Assembly (NCBI GenBank): GCA_902571145.1
Contig: CACGAP010000005.1
Span: 3,306-67,305 of the forward strand
Origin: an uncultured Prochlorococcus sp.
Lineage (GTDB): Bacteria; Cyanobacteriota; Cyanobacteriia; PCC-6307; Cyanobiaceae
Length of the DNA stretch: 64,000 bases
Direction of reading: 5' to 3'
The notes under the pieces were generated by a model. It searched no databases and was not told where the DNA came from. It saw nothing but the letters and a program-made list of their open reading frames with translations. The position numbers and the translations under genes were made by a program. Numbering within the stretch: position 1 is the stretch's first letter; every line of letters begins with the position of its first letter. Shown one piece after another: positions 18,217-28,600 of this stretch.

Positions 18217-18801
18217 ATGAGCTTAAGAGTTGGCCAAGAAGCACCAGACTTTAGTGCTACTGCAGTATATGATCAAGAGTTTAAGGAGATTACACTTTCA
18301 GATCTAAAAGGTAAATGGGTTGTTTTATTCTTTTACCCACTAGATTTTACATTTGTATGTCCAACTGAAATCACTGCATTTAGTGATAGATACCAAGATT
18401 TCTCAGCTCTTAATACTGAAATACTTGGGGTATCAGTTGATAGCAAACACTGTCATTTGGCTTGGATACAAACCCCAAGAAATGAAGGCGGAATAGGTGA
18501 TATTAACTACCCGTTAGTTTCTGACTTAAAAAGAGAAATTTGCCAGGCGTACAATGTTCTTAATGATGATGGAGAGGCTGATAGAGGTTTATTTCTTATC
18601 AATCCCGAAGGAGTAGTTATGCATACGACTGTTAACAAGGCTCCTGTGGGTAGAAATGTTGATGAAACGCTAAGGATTCTTCAAGGTTATCAATACGTTG
18701 CGGCAAACCCCGATGAAGTATGTCCGGCAAACTGGACTCCTGGAGAGAAAACAATGTTAGAAGACCCCAAAGGTAGTAAGGAATATTTTTCTGCGCTATA
18801 G
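18217..18801 (+). CDS. 2-Cys peroxiredoxin (AhpC/TSA)
   Basis: [25 protein letters not shown]-terminal YF. Confidence 0.97.
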   Translation: MSLRVGQEAPDFSATAVYDQEFKEITLSDLKGKWVVLFFYPLDFTFVCPTEITAFSDRYQDFSALNTEILGVSVDSKHCHLAWIQTPRNEGGIGDINYPLVSDLKREICQAYNVLNDDGEADRGLFLINPEGVVMHTTVNKAPVGRNVDETLRILQGYQYVAANPDEVCPANWTPGEKTMLEDPKGSKEYFSAL

Positions 18802-18816
18802 AAGGATTAGAAACAT

Positions 18817-19569
18817 TTAAGTAATAATTGAGTAATAAATAATTATAAAAGAATAAAATATAAATATATTCAAAAAGGGGATGACATCCCCTTTTTTAGG
18901 TATGGGCACGATCCAATCGCTTAAATTAGTTTTATATGATATGAAGGACCACGCATAAAAAGAAATTTCTATGGCGACTAGGATAAAAAGATTAATTACA
19001 TTTAAGTCATTTAAACCAAAATATCTATAAATATGAAACTGATCATCAACACTAATATTATTAATTTGAAGATGCCAGAGATAGAGAGAAATCAAAATAA
19101 AATTTACCAATATTATTTTTTTTAACAGAAACCTAGATTTCTTAAAAATTAATAAGATAGAAATTAAAAATATGAAAATACTTAACTGTGGAATATCGGG
19201 TTTTAGCACATTAATTCCCTCAAGAAATAAATTAAATAAAAGATCAAAATTTATATATATATAATCAGCTATTAAGTAAGAAAGAAATATTAAATTTATT
19301 GCTACTAAGAATAATAATCTTTTTCCTTTAATTATTTTTAAACTATCAATTTTATCCTTGTTAAAATTATAGAATGTATAGTTTTTTAAAGAGTTTAAAC
19401 ACACTATAGATGGACATATTGCGCCGCTCAAATAGTAAAGGATTGAATAAAAGGAAATTTCATTAATATTGAGTGAATACAAATTAAGCCATTGTTTTTG
19501 TACAAATGGAAGAATAAGTAAAAATGTAAGTGTAATTAATAACTTCGTTGTGTTGTTTTTAATTATCAA
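18817..19569 (-). CDS. Multi-pass membrane hypothetical protein
   Basis: About 7 hydrophobic segments. Confidence 0.75.
   Translation of the reverse strand: MIIKNNTTKLLITLTFLLILPFVQKQWLNLYSLNINEISFYSILYYLSGAICPSIVCLNSLKNYTFYNFNKDKIDSLKIIKGKRLLFLVAINLIFLSYLIADYIYINFDLLFNLFLEGINVLKPDIPQLSIFIFLISILLIFKKSRFLLKKIILVNFILISLYLWHLQINNISVDDQFHIYRYFGLNDLNVINLFILVAIEISFYAWSFISYKTNLSDWIVPIPKKGDVIPFLNIFIFYSFIIIYYSIIT
18872..18897 (+). terminator. Bidirectional-looking intrinsic terminator of the peroxiredoxin gene, inside the convergent CDS
   Basis: AAAAAGGGGATG-A-CATCCCCTTTTTT, perfect 12-bp arms. Confidence 0.65.
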
Positions 19570-19601
19570 GAAGATATTTTTTTTAATTTAGATCAATTAA
19601 A

Positions 19602-21356
19602 TCAAACTTTCAACAATTTAGAAGTTGTTATTTTAAAAACTTTTTTATCTATAGTTTCTTGATTTAAAAGTATATCAACTAATTTATCTAGTAAGACTCT
19701 ATTTTTTTTCAATATTTTTATTGAATTATTTAATGAAATTTTAGAAATTTTTATGATTTCATTATCTATTCTAGAGCTGGTATTTTCTGCTATGAGAGGC
19801 TTTCTTCTAAATAATCCATCTCCTAAATACATTTCATTATTATCAGAATCCATTGAAATTGGACCAATAATTGAAAATCCATATTTTGTAACCATTTCCC
19901 TTACGATATTTGTCGCATAAGAGATATCATTTAAGGAGCATTGTGTAATTTCACCTTCACCAAAAACTATCGTTTCTGCTGCTCTTCCAGCTAGAGCAAT
20001 TTCAATTTTTGATAATAATATTTTTTTTGAAATCAAGCCACTAGAAATCACATCTTCGTCAGGGCATATTTTTGTATATCCTCCTATAGATCCAGATCTA
20101 GGTAAGATCGTAATTTTATCAACTGATTCAATTCCATTTCTCACAGCAGATACAATCGCTCTGCCCACCTCGTTATAAGCAATAATTTTTTTCATATTTA
20201 GAGAAGTTATTAATGAACTTCTCAGGCCGATGGTTATTTTATCAAGAGCATTTTCTATATGAAGATCACTGATTAATTTAGATTCGTCTCTAGCACAGTG
20301 AATAGCACTCTCGTTCATCAAATTTGCAAGATCCGCTCCCGAAAATCCAACTGTTCTCGAAGCCCAATATCCTAAGTCAACTTCGCTTGAAAGAGGTTTA
20401 GGAAGTGAGTGAACTGAAAGAATTTTTTTTCTTCCATCTAAATCTGGAAGCATTACTTCAATTTTTCTATCAAATCTACCTGGTCTTAATAATGCTGCAT
20501 CCAAAATATCTGGTCTATTTGTGGCGGCTAAAACAATAATCCCAGAATTATCAGCAAAACCATCTAATTCGGTTAGAAGCTGATTAAGGGTTTGTTCTCT
20601 TTCATCATTTCCACCTCCAATCCCAGACCCTCTTTGCCTGCCAATGGAATCAATTTCATCAATGAAAATTATACAAGGAGATTTTTCCTTGGCCTTAGAG
20701 AACAGATCACGAACTCGGCTGGCTCCAACACCAACAAAAAGTTCTACAAACTCTGATGCCGATATTGAGAGAAAAGGCACTCCTGATTCACCAGCAATTG
20801 CTTTAGCTAATAATGTTTTTCCTGTTCCTGGTGGTCCTATTAAAAGAACTCCCTTAGGAACTTTTGCTCCCAGATTTTCAAATTTCTTTGGTTCTTTCAA
20901 AAATGTTATTACCTCTTTTAATTCCTCAGCGGCTTCAGGGACACCAGCTACATCATCGAATCTCGTTTCTACATCATCAATAGTTACAAATTTAGCTTGA
21001 TTTTTGGTAAAACCAAAGGCTCTGGAAGCCAATTTTGATGTACTCCTCAATATTAAAACTATAGCTAATATGAAAATCAGGAAAAGACTTATTGAAGCAA
21101 ATGAATTAGCAGCTGAGGCTTCTTTTCTACTATTGTTAATAGTTAGATCCACCTTATTTGCAGTAGCCTTTTCAAGGATTAATTGATCGTTGTAAAGGAT
21201 AGGTATTTTAAATTTATCGCCATTTTTATACAGAACATCAATCTCTCTTTGCCTAGGATAGAAAAATATTGATTCTATTTTCCCTGTCTCTATATCTTCT
21301 AGAAGATCCGAATAACTTGATTTAGAATCTGAATATGAGAATTTTGATCTAAACAC
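19602..21356 (-). CDS. ftsH: FtsH-family AAA+ protein with degenerate zinc-protease motif
   Basis: [36 protein letters not shown] intact; HEXXH replaced by NEVGR. Confidence 0.92.
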   Translation of the reverse strand: MFRSKFSYSDSKSSYSDLLEDIETGKIESIFFYPRQREIDVLYKNGDKFKIPILYNDQLILEKATANKVDLTINNSRKEASAANSFASISLFLIFILAIVLILRSTSKLASRAFGFTKNQAKFVTIDDVETRFDDVAGVPEAAEELKEVITFLKEPKKFENLGAKVPKGVLLIGPPGTGKTLLAKAIAGESGVPFLSISASEFVELFVGVGASRVRDLFSKAKEKSPCIIFIDEIDSIGRQRGSGIGGGNDEREQTLNQLLTELDGFADNSGIIVLAATNRPDILDAALLRPGRFDRKIEVMLPDLDGRKKILSVHSLPKPLSSEVDLGYWASRTVGFSGADLANLMNESAIHCARDESKLISDLHIENALDKITIGLRSSLITSLNMKKIIAYNEVGRAIVSAVRNGIESVDKITILPRSGSIGGYTKICPDEDVISSGLISKKILLSKIEIALAGRAAETIVFGEGEITQCSLNDISYATNIVREMVTKYGFSIIGPISMDSDNNEMYLGDGLFRRKPLIAENTSSRIDNEIIKISKISLNNSIKILKKNRVLLDKLVDILLNQETIDKKVFKITTSKLLKV

Positions 21357-21487
21357 TAATCTTTAAAAGTGATTAATAAAGCATATATGCTTATTTAAAA
21401 AATTGACGTATATAAACAAAATATACTCAAAAGTTTTGGAGATAACCAGTTAAAGGTTATATTATTATATGGAAATAAAGAAACAGA

Positions 21488-21658
21488 ATGGCTGTACCAA
21501 AGAAGAAAAAATCGAAGAGCAAAAGGAACCAAAGGCACGCTGTCTGGAAAGGTAAAGCGGCATTAGCAGCTCAAAAAGCTATATCTCTAGGCAAATCAGT
21601 TTTAACTGGGAAAGCTCAAGGTTTCGTTTACCCTATTGAAGAAGAAGAGGAAGAATAG
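21488..21658 (+). CDS. rpmF: 50S ribosomal protein L32 (not in ORF track)
   Basis: [24 protein letters not shown]...LGKSVLTG. Confidence 0.95.
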   Translation: MAVPKKKKSKSKRNQRHAVWKGKAALAAQKAISLGKSVLTGKAQGFVYPIEEEEEE

Positions 21659-21661
21659 GTT

Positions 21662-21988
21662 TTAAGATCCTAACTTAAATGCCTCAAGTATAACGGCATA
21701 AATTGCACCAATTCTTAATTTATCAACTACGGTCCATAGATAATAAAATTTTGAACTTGCGGTGGGTTTAATTCTTATAATAATTTCAATAAAAACAATA
21801 ATTATTGGGACCATAATTAATTCATTTTTACCTTCAGATATAAATTTTGTAAGAAAATTTGCGAACAAAAAATAACCTGTCAAAACAGAAATTAGTCTAA
21901 TAGATTTTGTCCTCCATGTATCACTAAGAAAACCAAAAAATAAATTATTTAACTGGAAGGTGATTCTTGAAAATTTAGTTTTTTGCAT
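21662..21988 (-). CDS. DUF565/Ycf20 family membrane protein
   Basis: C-terminal RIGAIYAVILEAFKLGS. Confidence 0.88.
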   Translation of the reverse strand: MQKTKFSRITFQLNNLFFGFLSDTWRTKSIRLISVLTGYFLFANFLTKFISEGKNELIMVPIIIVFIEIIIRIKPTASSKFYYLWTVVDKLRIGAIYAVILEAFKLGS

Positions 21989-22739
21989 TACTAATAGAGA
22001 CTAGGTAATCACTTAGAAAACTGTAGTCAACATATGATTTTTTTAGTTTAGGGCCTTTAATTACATTTGCCACATTATTCTCATCACCAAGACTGTCTAA
22101 AATACAATCTAATTTAATATTTTCCTCAAGAACAATTGGTATATTTGAAGGCACAAAAATTGTAGGCAAGTTAGCTGCCAAAGAAGATTTCAATCCAGGA
22201 TTGGAGTCTTCAAAAACAATTGAGTTGTTTTTTTTTATACCACTTAATTGGATTGCCTTTAAATATGGTAATGGATTTGGTTTCTTAAATTCAACGTCTT
22301 CACTTGAAATAATGAACTCAAAAGGGTTGAAGCCATTAAAAAGATATTCAACAAGTAAATTGACTTGGATTCTTGAACTTGAAGTAACAATAAATTGTCT
22401 TACTTTTTTTTTATGTAATTCATTAATTAATCTAAAAACACCAGTTTTTAAACTAACGCAATTTTTTTTTATTATTTCCAAATAATGAAACTGCTTTGTT
22501 TCATGAATTTTGAGAATTAAATCTTCTGAGAAATCATAATTATTAGATTTAGCGTAATAAGCAATCCTATTTTTGCCCCCATTTATTTTCAGAAGTTTTA
22601 TATATTCATTAGTGTCCCAATTCCAATTAACAGCAAGATCATTGAAAGCATTATTAAAAGCAGGTAAATGTGCCTCTAATTCGGTATTCGCGATGGTACC
22701 ATCTAAATCCCAATAAACAGCTTCAAGATACTTCACCAA
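21975..22739 (-). CDS. HAD-superfamily hydrolase, CbbY-like
   Basis: WDLDGTIANTE, H..AFN.AF, KKPNP..Y, FEDS..G. Confidence 0.9.
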   Translation of the reverse strand: MVKYLEAVYWDLDGTIANTELEAHLPAFNNAFNDLAVNWNWDTNEYIKLLKINGGKNRIAYYAKSNNYDFSEDLILKIHETKQFHYLEIIKKNCVSLKTGVFRLINELHKKKVRQFIVTSSSRIQVNLLVEYLFNGFNPFEFIISSEDVEFKKPNPLPYLKAIQLSGIKKNNSIVFEDSNPGLKSSLAANLPTIFVPSNIPIVLEENIKLDCILDSLGDENNVANVIKGPKLKKSYVDYSFLSDYLVSISNAKN

Positions 22740-22751
22740 AAAGAATTTCTT

Positions 22752-22829
22752 TTATTTACGGTAAAATACAAGAGCAATTATTGCTGGTCCTGCCAACGCA
22801 ACTACAGCTAAAGGAATAAGTGTTGCCAT
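22752..22829 (-). CDS. psb30: Photosystem II Psb30/Ycf12, 25 aa (not in ORF track)
   Basis: MATLIPLAVVALAGPAIIALVFYRK* carries the Ycf12 AGP..I motif. Confidence 0.8.
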   Translation of the reverse strand: MATLIPLAVVALAGPAIIALVFYRK

Positions 22830-22911
22830 GATTAATGAATATGTTTTGTGATACTATTTTTACAAATAAATGATGAAACTGTACTGATACGTTACAAGAT
22901 TGAATTAAATT

Positions 22912-23259
22912 ATGAAATCATGGACATGTATAGAAAAATGTGGAGCTTGTTGTAAATTCGACTTGAACGAAAGAAGTGATTTGGCTGACAAGCTTAACAA
23001 AGAAGATATAGCTTTGATAAATTCGATGACTGATAGAGACGGTTGGTGTAAAAACCTAGACAGAGAAAATAAAAAATGTTTAATTTACGAAACTAGGCCA
23101 CATTTTTGCCGAGTAAATGAATTTTCAACTACATTTAAAGGATATTTGAAATCTGGTGATAAATTTTTAATAGATTGCTGCAAACAACATATTTCATCAA
23201 ATTATGGGTACCAAAGTAAAGAGATGAAAACTTTTAAAATTGCCGTTTCGGGAAAATGA
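22912..23259 (+). CDS. YkgJ-family cysteine-cluster protein
   Basis: C...CGACC, GWC..LD.....CLIYETRP.FCR. Confidence 0.88.
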   Translation: MKSWTCIEKCGACCKFDLNERSDLADKLNKEDIALINSMTDRDGWCKNLDRENKKCLIYETRPHFCRVNEFSTTFKGYLKSGDKFLIDCCKQHISSNYGYQSKEMKTFKIAVSGK

Positions 23260-23582
23260 ATAGTAAATTAGAAAAGAAGGAAAACAATATAGAAAAAAGT
23301 TTTTTTTCTATATTTATAACGACTTTTACAACAATCTTTATTGCTGAACTTGGCGATAAAACTCAGATAGCCACATTGATGCTTTCTGCGGAATCGGGCA
23401 AACCAATAATAGTTTTTCTTGGAAGTTCTCTAGCATTAATAAGCTCTAGCATAGTGGGAGTTCTTATTGGTAAATGGGTATCAAAAAAAATATCTCCTAG
23501 CAAATTTGCCTTATCAACTGGTGCTTTAATGATACTGATAAGTATATTTTTAGCTTATGAAACATTCAAAAATTATTTGTAA
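23256..23582 (+). CDS. GDT1/TMEM165 (UPF0016) half-transporter
   Basis: AELGDKTQ motif, 3 TM. Confidence 0.9.
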   Translation: MNSKLEKKENNIEKSFFSIFITTFTTIFIAELGDKTQIATLMLSAESGKPIIVFLGSSLALISSSIVGVLIGKWVSKKISPSKFALSTGALMILISIFLAYETFKNYL

Positions 23583-23894
23583 ATGGTTTTAAGTTTATTA
23601 CTATCAACTTTTCTAACCGTATTCATAGCTGAATTAGGTGACAAAACTCAACTGGCTACTTTAACTTTAAGCGGCACTTCAAATAAACCACTAGCAGTTT
23701 TTCTAGGATCTTCTTCAGCACTTGTTTTTGCAAGTTTACTAGGAGCTTTAACAGGCGGTTCTATTTCAAGTTTTTTGCCAGAAGTGGTTCTTAAGTCAAT
23801 TGCCTCCATTACATTTTTTATCATTGGTATAAGGCTTTTTATCAACTCTTTTACTATTGAGAAAGAAGAAAAAGAAGAGAAAGAAAATAATTAG
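23583..23894 (+). CDS. GDT1/TMEM165 (UPF0016) half-transporter
   Basis: AELGDKTQ motif, 3 TM. Confidence 0.9.
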   Translation: MVLSLLLSTFLTVFIAELGDKTQLATLTLSGTSNKPLAVFLGSSSALVFASLLGALTGGSISSFLPEVVLKSIASITFFIIGIRLFINSFTIEKEEKEEKENN

Positions 23895-23966
23895 TTTTAA
23901 GCTTGGATAATAAGGTGTAATAATGAAGTGTATAACACTAAATTAATTTATAATTTCATTTAGATC

Positions 23967-26189
23967 ATGTTCACAGCATCCTCAATAATTGATAATCTTA
24001 ATCAGTCAGAAAAATTAGAATATAAAAAATTATGCAGATTATTAAAAATAACGAAGAAATCTGATAAGGATAAATTAGATATTGCTTTAACAGCTCTAGA
24101 AAAACTTGAAATAATTAATAAAAATGAAGATGATGAATATTCCTGCATAAAAGATAGTGATCATCTTGTCGCCAAAATAAGATGTAGTAGCAAAGGCTAT
24201 TGTTTTGCTGTAAGGGGAAAAGACAAAGAAGATATTTACATTAAAGAAAATCTACTTAACTATGCGTGGAATGGAGATAAAGTTTTAGTAAGGATAATAA
24301 AAGAGGGTTATAGAAGAAGATCACCTGAGGGAATAGTTGATTGTATTCTTGAAAGATCAAATCAAATACTTCTTTCTAAAGTTGAAATAATAAATAATGA
24401 TGTATATGCAATCCCAATAGACGATAGGATCCTTTCTAAAATTAAACTTCCAAAAGAGAATAAAAAATATACTTTCAATCCAGACAATAAGAATATAGTA
24501 AAAGTTGAGATTGATAGATTCCCTATTGGTCAAGAAGAAGGACTAGGTCATGTGATACAAGAACTAAAACTAAACAATAATGAAGACTATGATACAGACT
24601 TTGTTTTATCTAAAAGCAATATTGTTAAATCATACGATTTAAATCATATTGAATCAAAAAAAATTGAACAAAGGGAGAGGATAGATCTTACAGATAAAAA
24701 CTCTTATTTATTCAAAAGTTGGAATTCTAATAATTCTCCAATGCTCCCAATGATTCAAGTAGAGCAGGGAAAAAATAAAAATACTAAATTATGGATACAT
24801 ACAAATAATCTTGCAGAAAGAGTAGATCTAAATAGTAAAAAATCTCTAGAAATATTATTCCAAAGCTTTGAATCATTACCCTTATTGAATGATTGGCAAA
24901 ACTACCTTGGCGAAGCCATAATAAATAATTCTGAATTTAAATTTGGTGAAAAGAATGAAGCAATAAGCCTCTGCGTCAATTTAAATAGTGATAATGAAAT
25001 AATTGATTGGTCATTTCATCTTACTTTAGTAAAGTGTACTCTTATTGTTGGAAGTGATCATACTGACGCGCTTCTATCTAGAAAAAGCAAATCAAGAATA
25101 ACCTCTCGTGTATTAAAACCTATAAAGGAATATGTCGACGATTTAGATAAAATACTAGAAATTTCATGTTCATTCAGAGAAAACCATCTTTTGAAGGGTA
25201 AGGTTGAAATTCCTGCACCACTGAATAAGATTGAAGCACTAGAAGAATTTTTTATTCACAATCCTGCTGAAGATTCAAAAGGATATTTTGAATCACTAAA
25301 TAAAGAAGATTGCCAAACTTACCTTTCACCAATACTTTATGAAGCTAATTTAATATGGTTCAAACATTCAAATCAATATGGCTTAAAAAGTTTAGGATAC
25401 ATCTCAAATGGAGTAGATTACGTTAATGCTAATGAAATTATCAAATATTCAGAATTCATTGATAATGATGTAGAGCTTAATGAAGATGGCAATTTGACAT
25501 TTAGTCAAGTAATTAAATTATGTGACGTCGATAATAAAAAAAGAATCTTACATAAACTTCTAATTAATGAATTTAAGGATAATGAAATAAGGTTGATATC
25601 TAAAGAACCTGATAATGATGAATCAGAAAAATTATTTATTACTCCATGGACAATTCCCGGATTTAACTTCACAAATCTTATAAATCAGTACTGTATTTTT
25701 AATATGATAATAAATGGTAAAAAATCAAAGAAAAATAATATAAATGAAATTAATATATCTGAGAGTAATTCATTAGAATTAGTAAATTGGGATATATTTA
25801 ATTCTTCAATTTCAAAAAATCTAGAAATATTATTTAACAAGTTTGTGGTAGATAAACTTAATGAATTCAAGTACAAAGTTAACCAATATAAATCTAATAT
25901 GATAAATATTAAAAAAGTAAGAAAAGCAGAAAAATTACTAGGTAATATTTATAGTGGATTTATTTTATCAGTGCAAACATATGGTTTCTTTGTTGAGATA
26001 TCAGATCTAAACGTAGAGGGTTTAGTACACGTAAGCACTCTTAATAATGATTGGTATGAATACAGATCAAGGCAAAATCTATTGATTGGAAGAAAATCCA
26101 AAAAATCATATAAAGTCGGAGATGCAATAGAAGTAAAAATAATAAAAGTTGATATTCTTAAATATCAAATTGATTTAGAATTAACCTAA
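23967..26189 (+). CDS. RNase R-like (Zam-type) protein: cold-shock/OB domains, degenerate RNB, S1 domain
   Basis: KGYCFA...DIYI....L..AWNGDKV, C-terminal S1 (YGFFVEI...VEGLVHVS); catalytic motifs absent. Confidence 0.85.
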   Translation: MFTASSIIDNLNQSEKLEYKKLCRLLKITKKSDKDKLDIALTALEKLEIINKNEDDEYSCIKDSDHLVAKIRCSSKGYCFAVRGKDKEDIYIKENLLNYAWNGDKVLVRIIKEGYRRRSPEGIVDCILERSNQILLSKVEIINNDVYAIPIDDRILSKIKLPKENKKYTFNPDNKNIVKVEIDRFPIGQEEGLGHVIQELKLNNNEDYDTDFVLSKSNIVKSYDLNHIESKKIEQRERIDLTDKNSYLFKSWNSNNSPMLPMIQVEQGKNKNTKLWIHTNNLAERVDLNSKKSLEILFQSFESLPLLNDWQNYLGEAIINNSEFKFGEKNEAISLCVNLNSDNEIIDWSFHLTLVKCTLIVGSDHTDALLSRKSKSRITSRVLKPIKEYVDDLDKILEISCSFRENHLLKGKVEIPAPLNKIEALEEFFIHNPAEDSKGYFESLNKEDCQTYLSPILYEANLIWFKHSNQYGLKSLGYISNGVDYVNANEIIKYSEFIDNDVELNEDGNLTFSQVIKLCDVDNKKRILHKLLINEFKDNEIRLISKEPDNDESEKLFITPWTIPGFNFTNLINQYCIFNMIINGKKSKKNNINEINISESNSLELVNWDIFNSSISKNLEILFNKFVVDKLNEFKYKVNQYKSNMINIKKVRKAEKLLGNIYSGFILSVQTYGFFVEISDLNVEGLVHVSTLNNDWYEYRSRQNLLIGRKSKKSYKVGDAIEVKIIKVDILKYQIDLELT

Positions 26190-26253
26190 ATAAATATTCA
26201 AAAATATATTATGGAAATATTGACAAAAAAATTTAAGATGACTTTTTATAATT

Positions 26254-26697
26254 ATGTTTAAAAAAAAATATTTACTTTTAACTCTTTTTTTAACAATTAT
26301 TTTTCAAATTTTATTATATACAAATAATAATCAGAAGACTTCATTTAGATATTTTAAATGGACCCTTCAAGAAGTAACTATAGGTAAATTAATCAGTATT
26401 TCGTTTTTTTCTGGTTTATTTGTAAGCACTTTATTTAATACTACAATTACTAGTACTAGTTTCAGAAAAAAAACTTTCGAAAATGTGGAAGATGATTTTG
26501 TATCTAATATTAATGATGAAGAAATAGAACCAAACTTTGAGATGCCGCCACAAAGGGATATTAGAGAAACTCAACCAACAATTTCTGTTAATTACAGAGT
26601 AGTCAAAAATATGAATGATGATAATTTAAAAAAAGATCAAAGTTATTCAAATCGGGATAATATTGATGATTGGGATAATGCTGATAATGATTGGTAA
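26254..26697 (+). CDS. Hypothetical membrane protein
   Basis: Two N-terminal hydrophobic segments, PPQRD.RE.QPTISV.YRV motif, acidic tail. Confidence 0.75.
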   Translation: MFKKKYLLLTLFLTIIFQILLYTNNNQKTSFRYFKWTLQEVTIGKLISISFFSGLFVSTLFNTTITSTSFRKKTFENVEDDFVSNINDEEIEPNFEMPPQRDIRETQPTISVNYRVVKNMNDDNLKKDQSYSNRDNIDDWDNADNDW

Positions 26698-26757
26698 AAA
26701 AATAATTTTATTAAAAAATGTTTTTTTAATTTATAATGACTCTAAATATTATTTTTT

Positions 26758-27315
26758 ATGGAAGAAAACTTAAAACCAAATAATAAAGCTACTAATGAAA
26801 TATCTGAAAATGCTACTAAATCCAATTCTGAAGAAATAAAAGAACCTAAATCAGAAGCACTAGATGTTAAAGGAAATAATTCTGCTTCTAAAGTTGACGT
26901 AAAAAATGGAAATGATATACCCGTTAAAAATATTCCAAAACCCAAAAAAGAACTCCCAATAGAGAAAAAGCCTTTTCAAGAATTTGTCAATGATCATTTA
27001 ATTCCTTCTTTAATAGGAGAGATTAATCAAAGAGGATTAGAAATAAATTATATAAATCTCCAAAACACCAATAGACCCATAGCAGGAGATAAATGTTGGG
27101 TTATTAATTGTGAAATTAAAGATACTTGCAACTTTTGGTTATCTTTTGAAAAGGACGACATAAGTTCTTTAAAAAGTATTTCTTTATCCAAACCAAATCA
27201 AACACCTAGCATTATTGAATCATTTCTTATTGACGAAAAAAGGATAACCCTCAAATTAATCATTTCAAGAGTATTGCAGAGATTAAATGGACAAAAATTG
27301 ATAGGAGTTAATTAA
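26758..27315 (+). CDS. ndhV: DUF2996 family protein (NdhV-like NDH-1 subunit)
   Basis: EKKPF.EF...LIP.L, FWL.F, IESFLIDEKRITL.L...RVLQRLNGQK. Confidence 0.75.
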   Translation: MEENLKPNNKATNEISENATKSNSEEIKEPKSEALDVKGNNSASKVDVKNGNDIPVKNIPKPKKELPIEKKPFQEFVNDHLIPSLIGEINQRGLEINYINLQNTNRPIAGDKCWVINCEIKDTCNFWLSFEKDDISSLKSISLSKPNQTPSIIESFLIDEKRITLKLIISRVLQRLNGQKLIGVN

Positions 27316-27396
27316 AAAAAAAGAATAACACCAAGTTAACTTTTCCCTCGAAAATACAAATAATAGTAAATAATAGTAATAACAAAACAGTTAAAG

Positions 27397-28569
27397 ATGT
27401 CCCAATCAACTATTGAATCTACAAATAAAAAAGAAGTAAATAGAGGAAAAGCCCCAGCAAAGGAAACAATTTTGTCACCCAGGTTTTACACGACAGACTT
27501 TGAGGCAATGGAAAATATGGATTTATCAATAAATGAAGAGGAATTAGAAGCGATATGTGAGGAATTTAGGAAAGACTACAATAGGCATCATTTTGTAAGA
27601 AATAGTGAATTTGAAGGGGCTGCTGAAAAGTTAGATCCTGAGACAAGAGAACTTTTCGTTGATTTTCTTGAAGGAAGTTGTACATCAGAATTTTCAGGTT
27701 TTTTACTTTACAAGGAGCTTAGCAAAAGGATTAAAGACAAAAACCCACTTCTGGCTGAATGTTTCGCCCATATGGCCAGAGACGAAGCTAGACACGCAGG
27801 TTTCTTGAATAAATCTATGAGTGATTTTGGATTACAGTTAGATTTAGGTTTTTTAACAGCAAACAAGGATTACACCTATTTTCCACCAAGAAGTATTTTT
27901 TACGCTACCTATTTATCTGAAAAAATAGGCTATTGGAGATACATTGCAATTTATAGGCATCTAGAAAAAAATCCAAATAGCAAAATCTTTCCACTGTTTA
28001 ATTATTTTGAAAATTGGTGTCAAGATGAAAATAGACATGGGGATTTCTTTGATGCTCTGATGAAAGCACAGCCACGTACTGTTAAATCTTTAAGTCAAAA
28101 AATTACGATTGGCGGCTCCACCTTTACACATCCACTATTTGACTACTTCCATAGATTTAGATATTTCTTGAATAATCTTCCATTAACATCTAAGTTATGG
28201 TCTAGGTTTTTTCTATTAGCTGTATTTGCAACTATGTATGCAAGGGATTTGGGAATTAAAAAAGATTTCTACAGTTCACTAGGTTTAGATGCCAAAGATT
28301 ACGACCAGTTTGTTATTAATAAAACAAATGAAACGGCAGCCAGGGTTTTCCCTGTAGTAATGGACGTTTATGATAAATCTTTTTATGGAAGATTAGATAA
28401 AATAGTAGAGAATAATAAGGTTCTTTCTCATATCGCAAGCAGTGATGGAAATAAATTATCTAAAACTCTTAAAAAATTACCTAAATATTTATCAAACGGT
28501 TACCAGTTATTAAGACTATACTTGTTAAAACCTCTTGATAGTAAAGATTTCCAACCTTCGATTAGATAA
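27397..28569 (+). CDS. acsF: O2-dependent Mg-protoporphyrin IX monomethyl ester cyclase (CycI)
   Basis: [46 protein letters not shown] diiron motifs. Confidence 0.97.
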   Translation: MSQSTIESTNKKEVNRGKAPAKETILSPRFYTTDFEAMENMDLSINEEELEAICEEFRKDYNRHHFVRNSEFEGAAEKLDPETRELFVDFLEGSCTSEFSGFLLYKELSKRIKDKNPLLAECFAHMARDEARHAGFLNKSMSDFGLQLDLGFLTANKDYTYFPPRSIFYATYLSEKIGYWRYIAIYRHLEKNPNSKIFPLFNYFENWCQDENRHGDFFDALMKAQPRTVKSLSQKITIGGSTFTHPLFDYFHRFRYFLNNLPLTSKLWSRFFLLAVFATMYARDLGIKKDFYSSLGLDAKDYDQFVINKTNETAARVFPVVMDVYDKSFYGRLDKIVENNKVLSHIASSDGNKLSKTLKKLPKYLSNGYQLLRLYLLKPLDSKDFQPSIR

Positions 28570-28600
28570 TCTTTCATACAGAGAAGATTTATAAAGTCAT

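Noticed and set aside
22881-22895. NtcA site upstream of psb30/YkgJ
   Set aside because: Spacer is 9 nt (GTA-N9-TAC), not 8
23927-23939. AGTGT-ATA-ACACT as another RHH operator
   Set aside because: Half-site spacing is 3 rather than 1 and it is a single copy; unresolved
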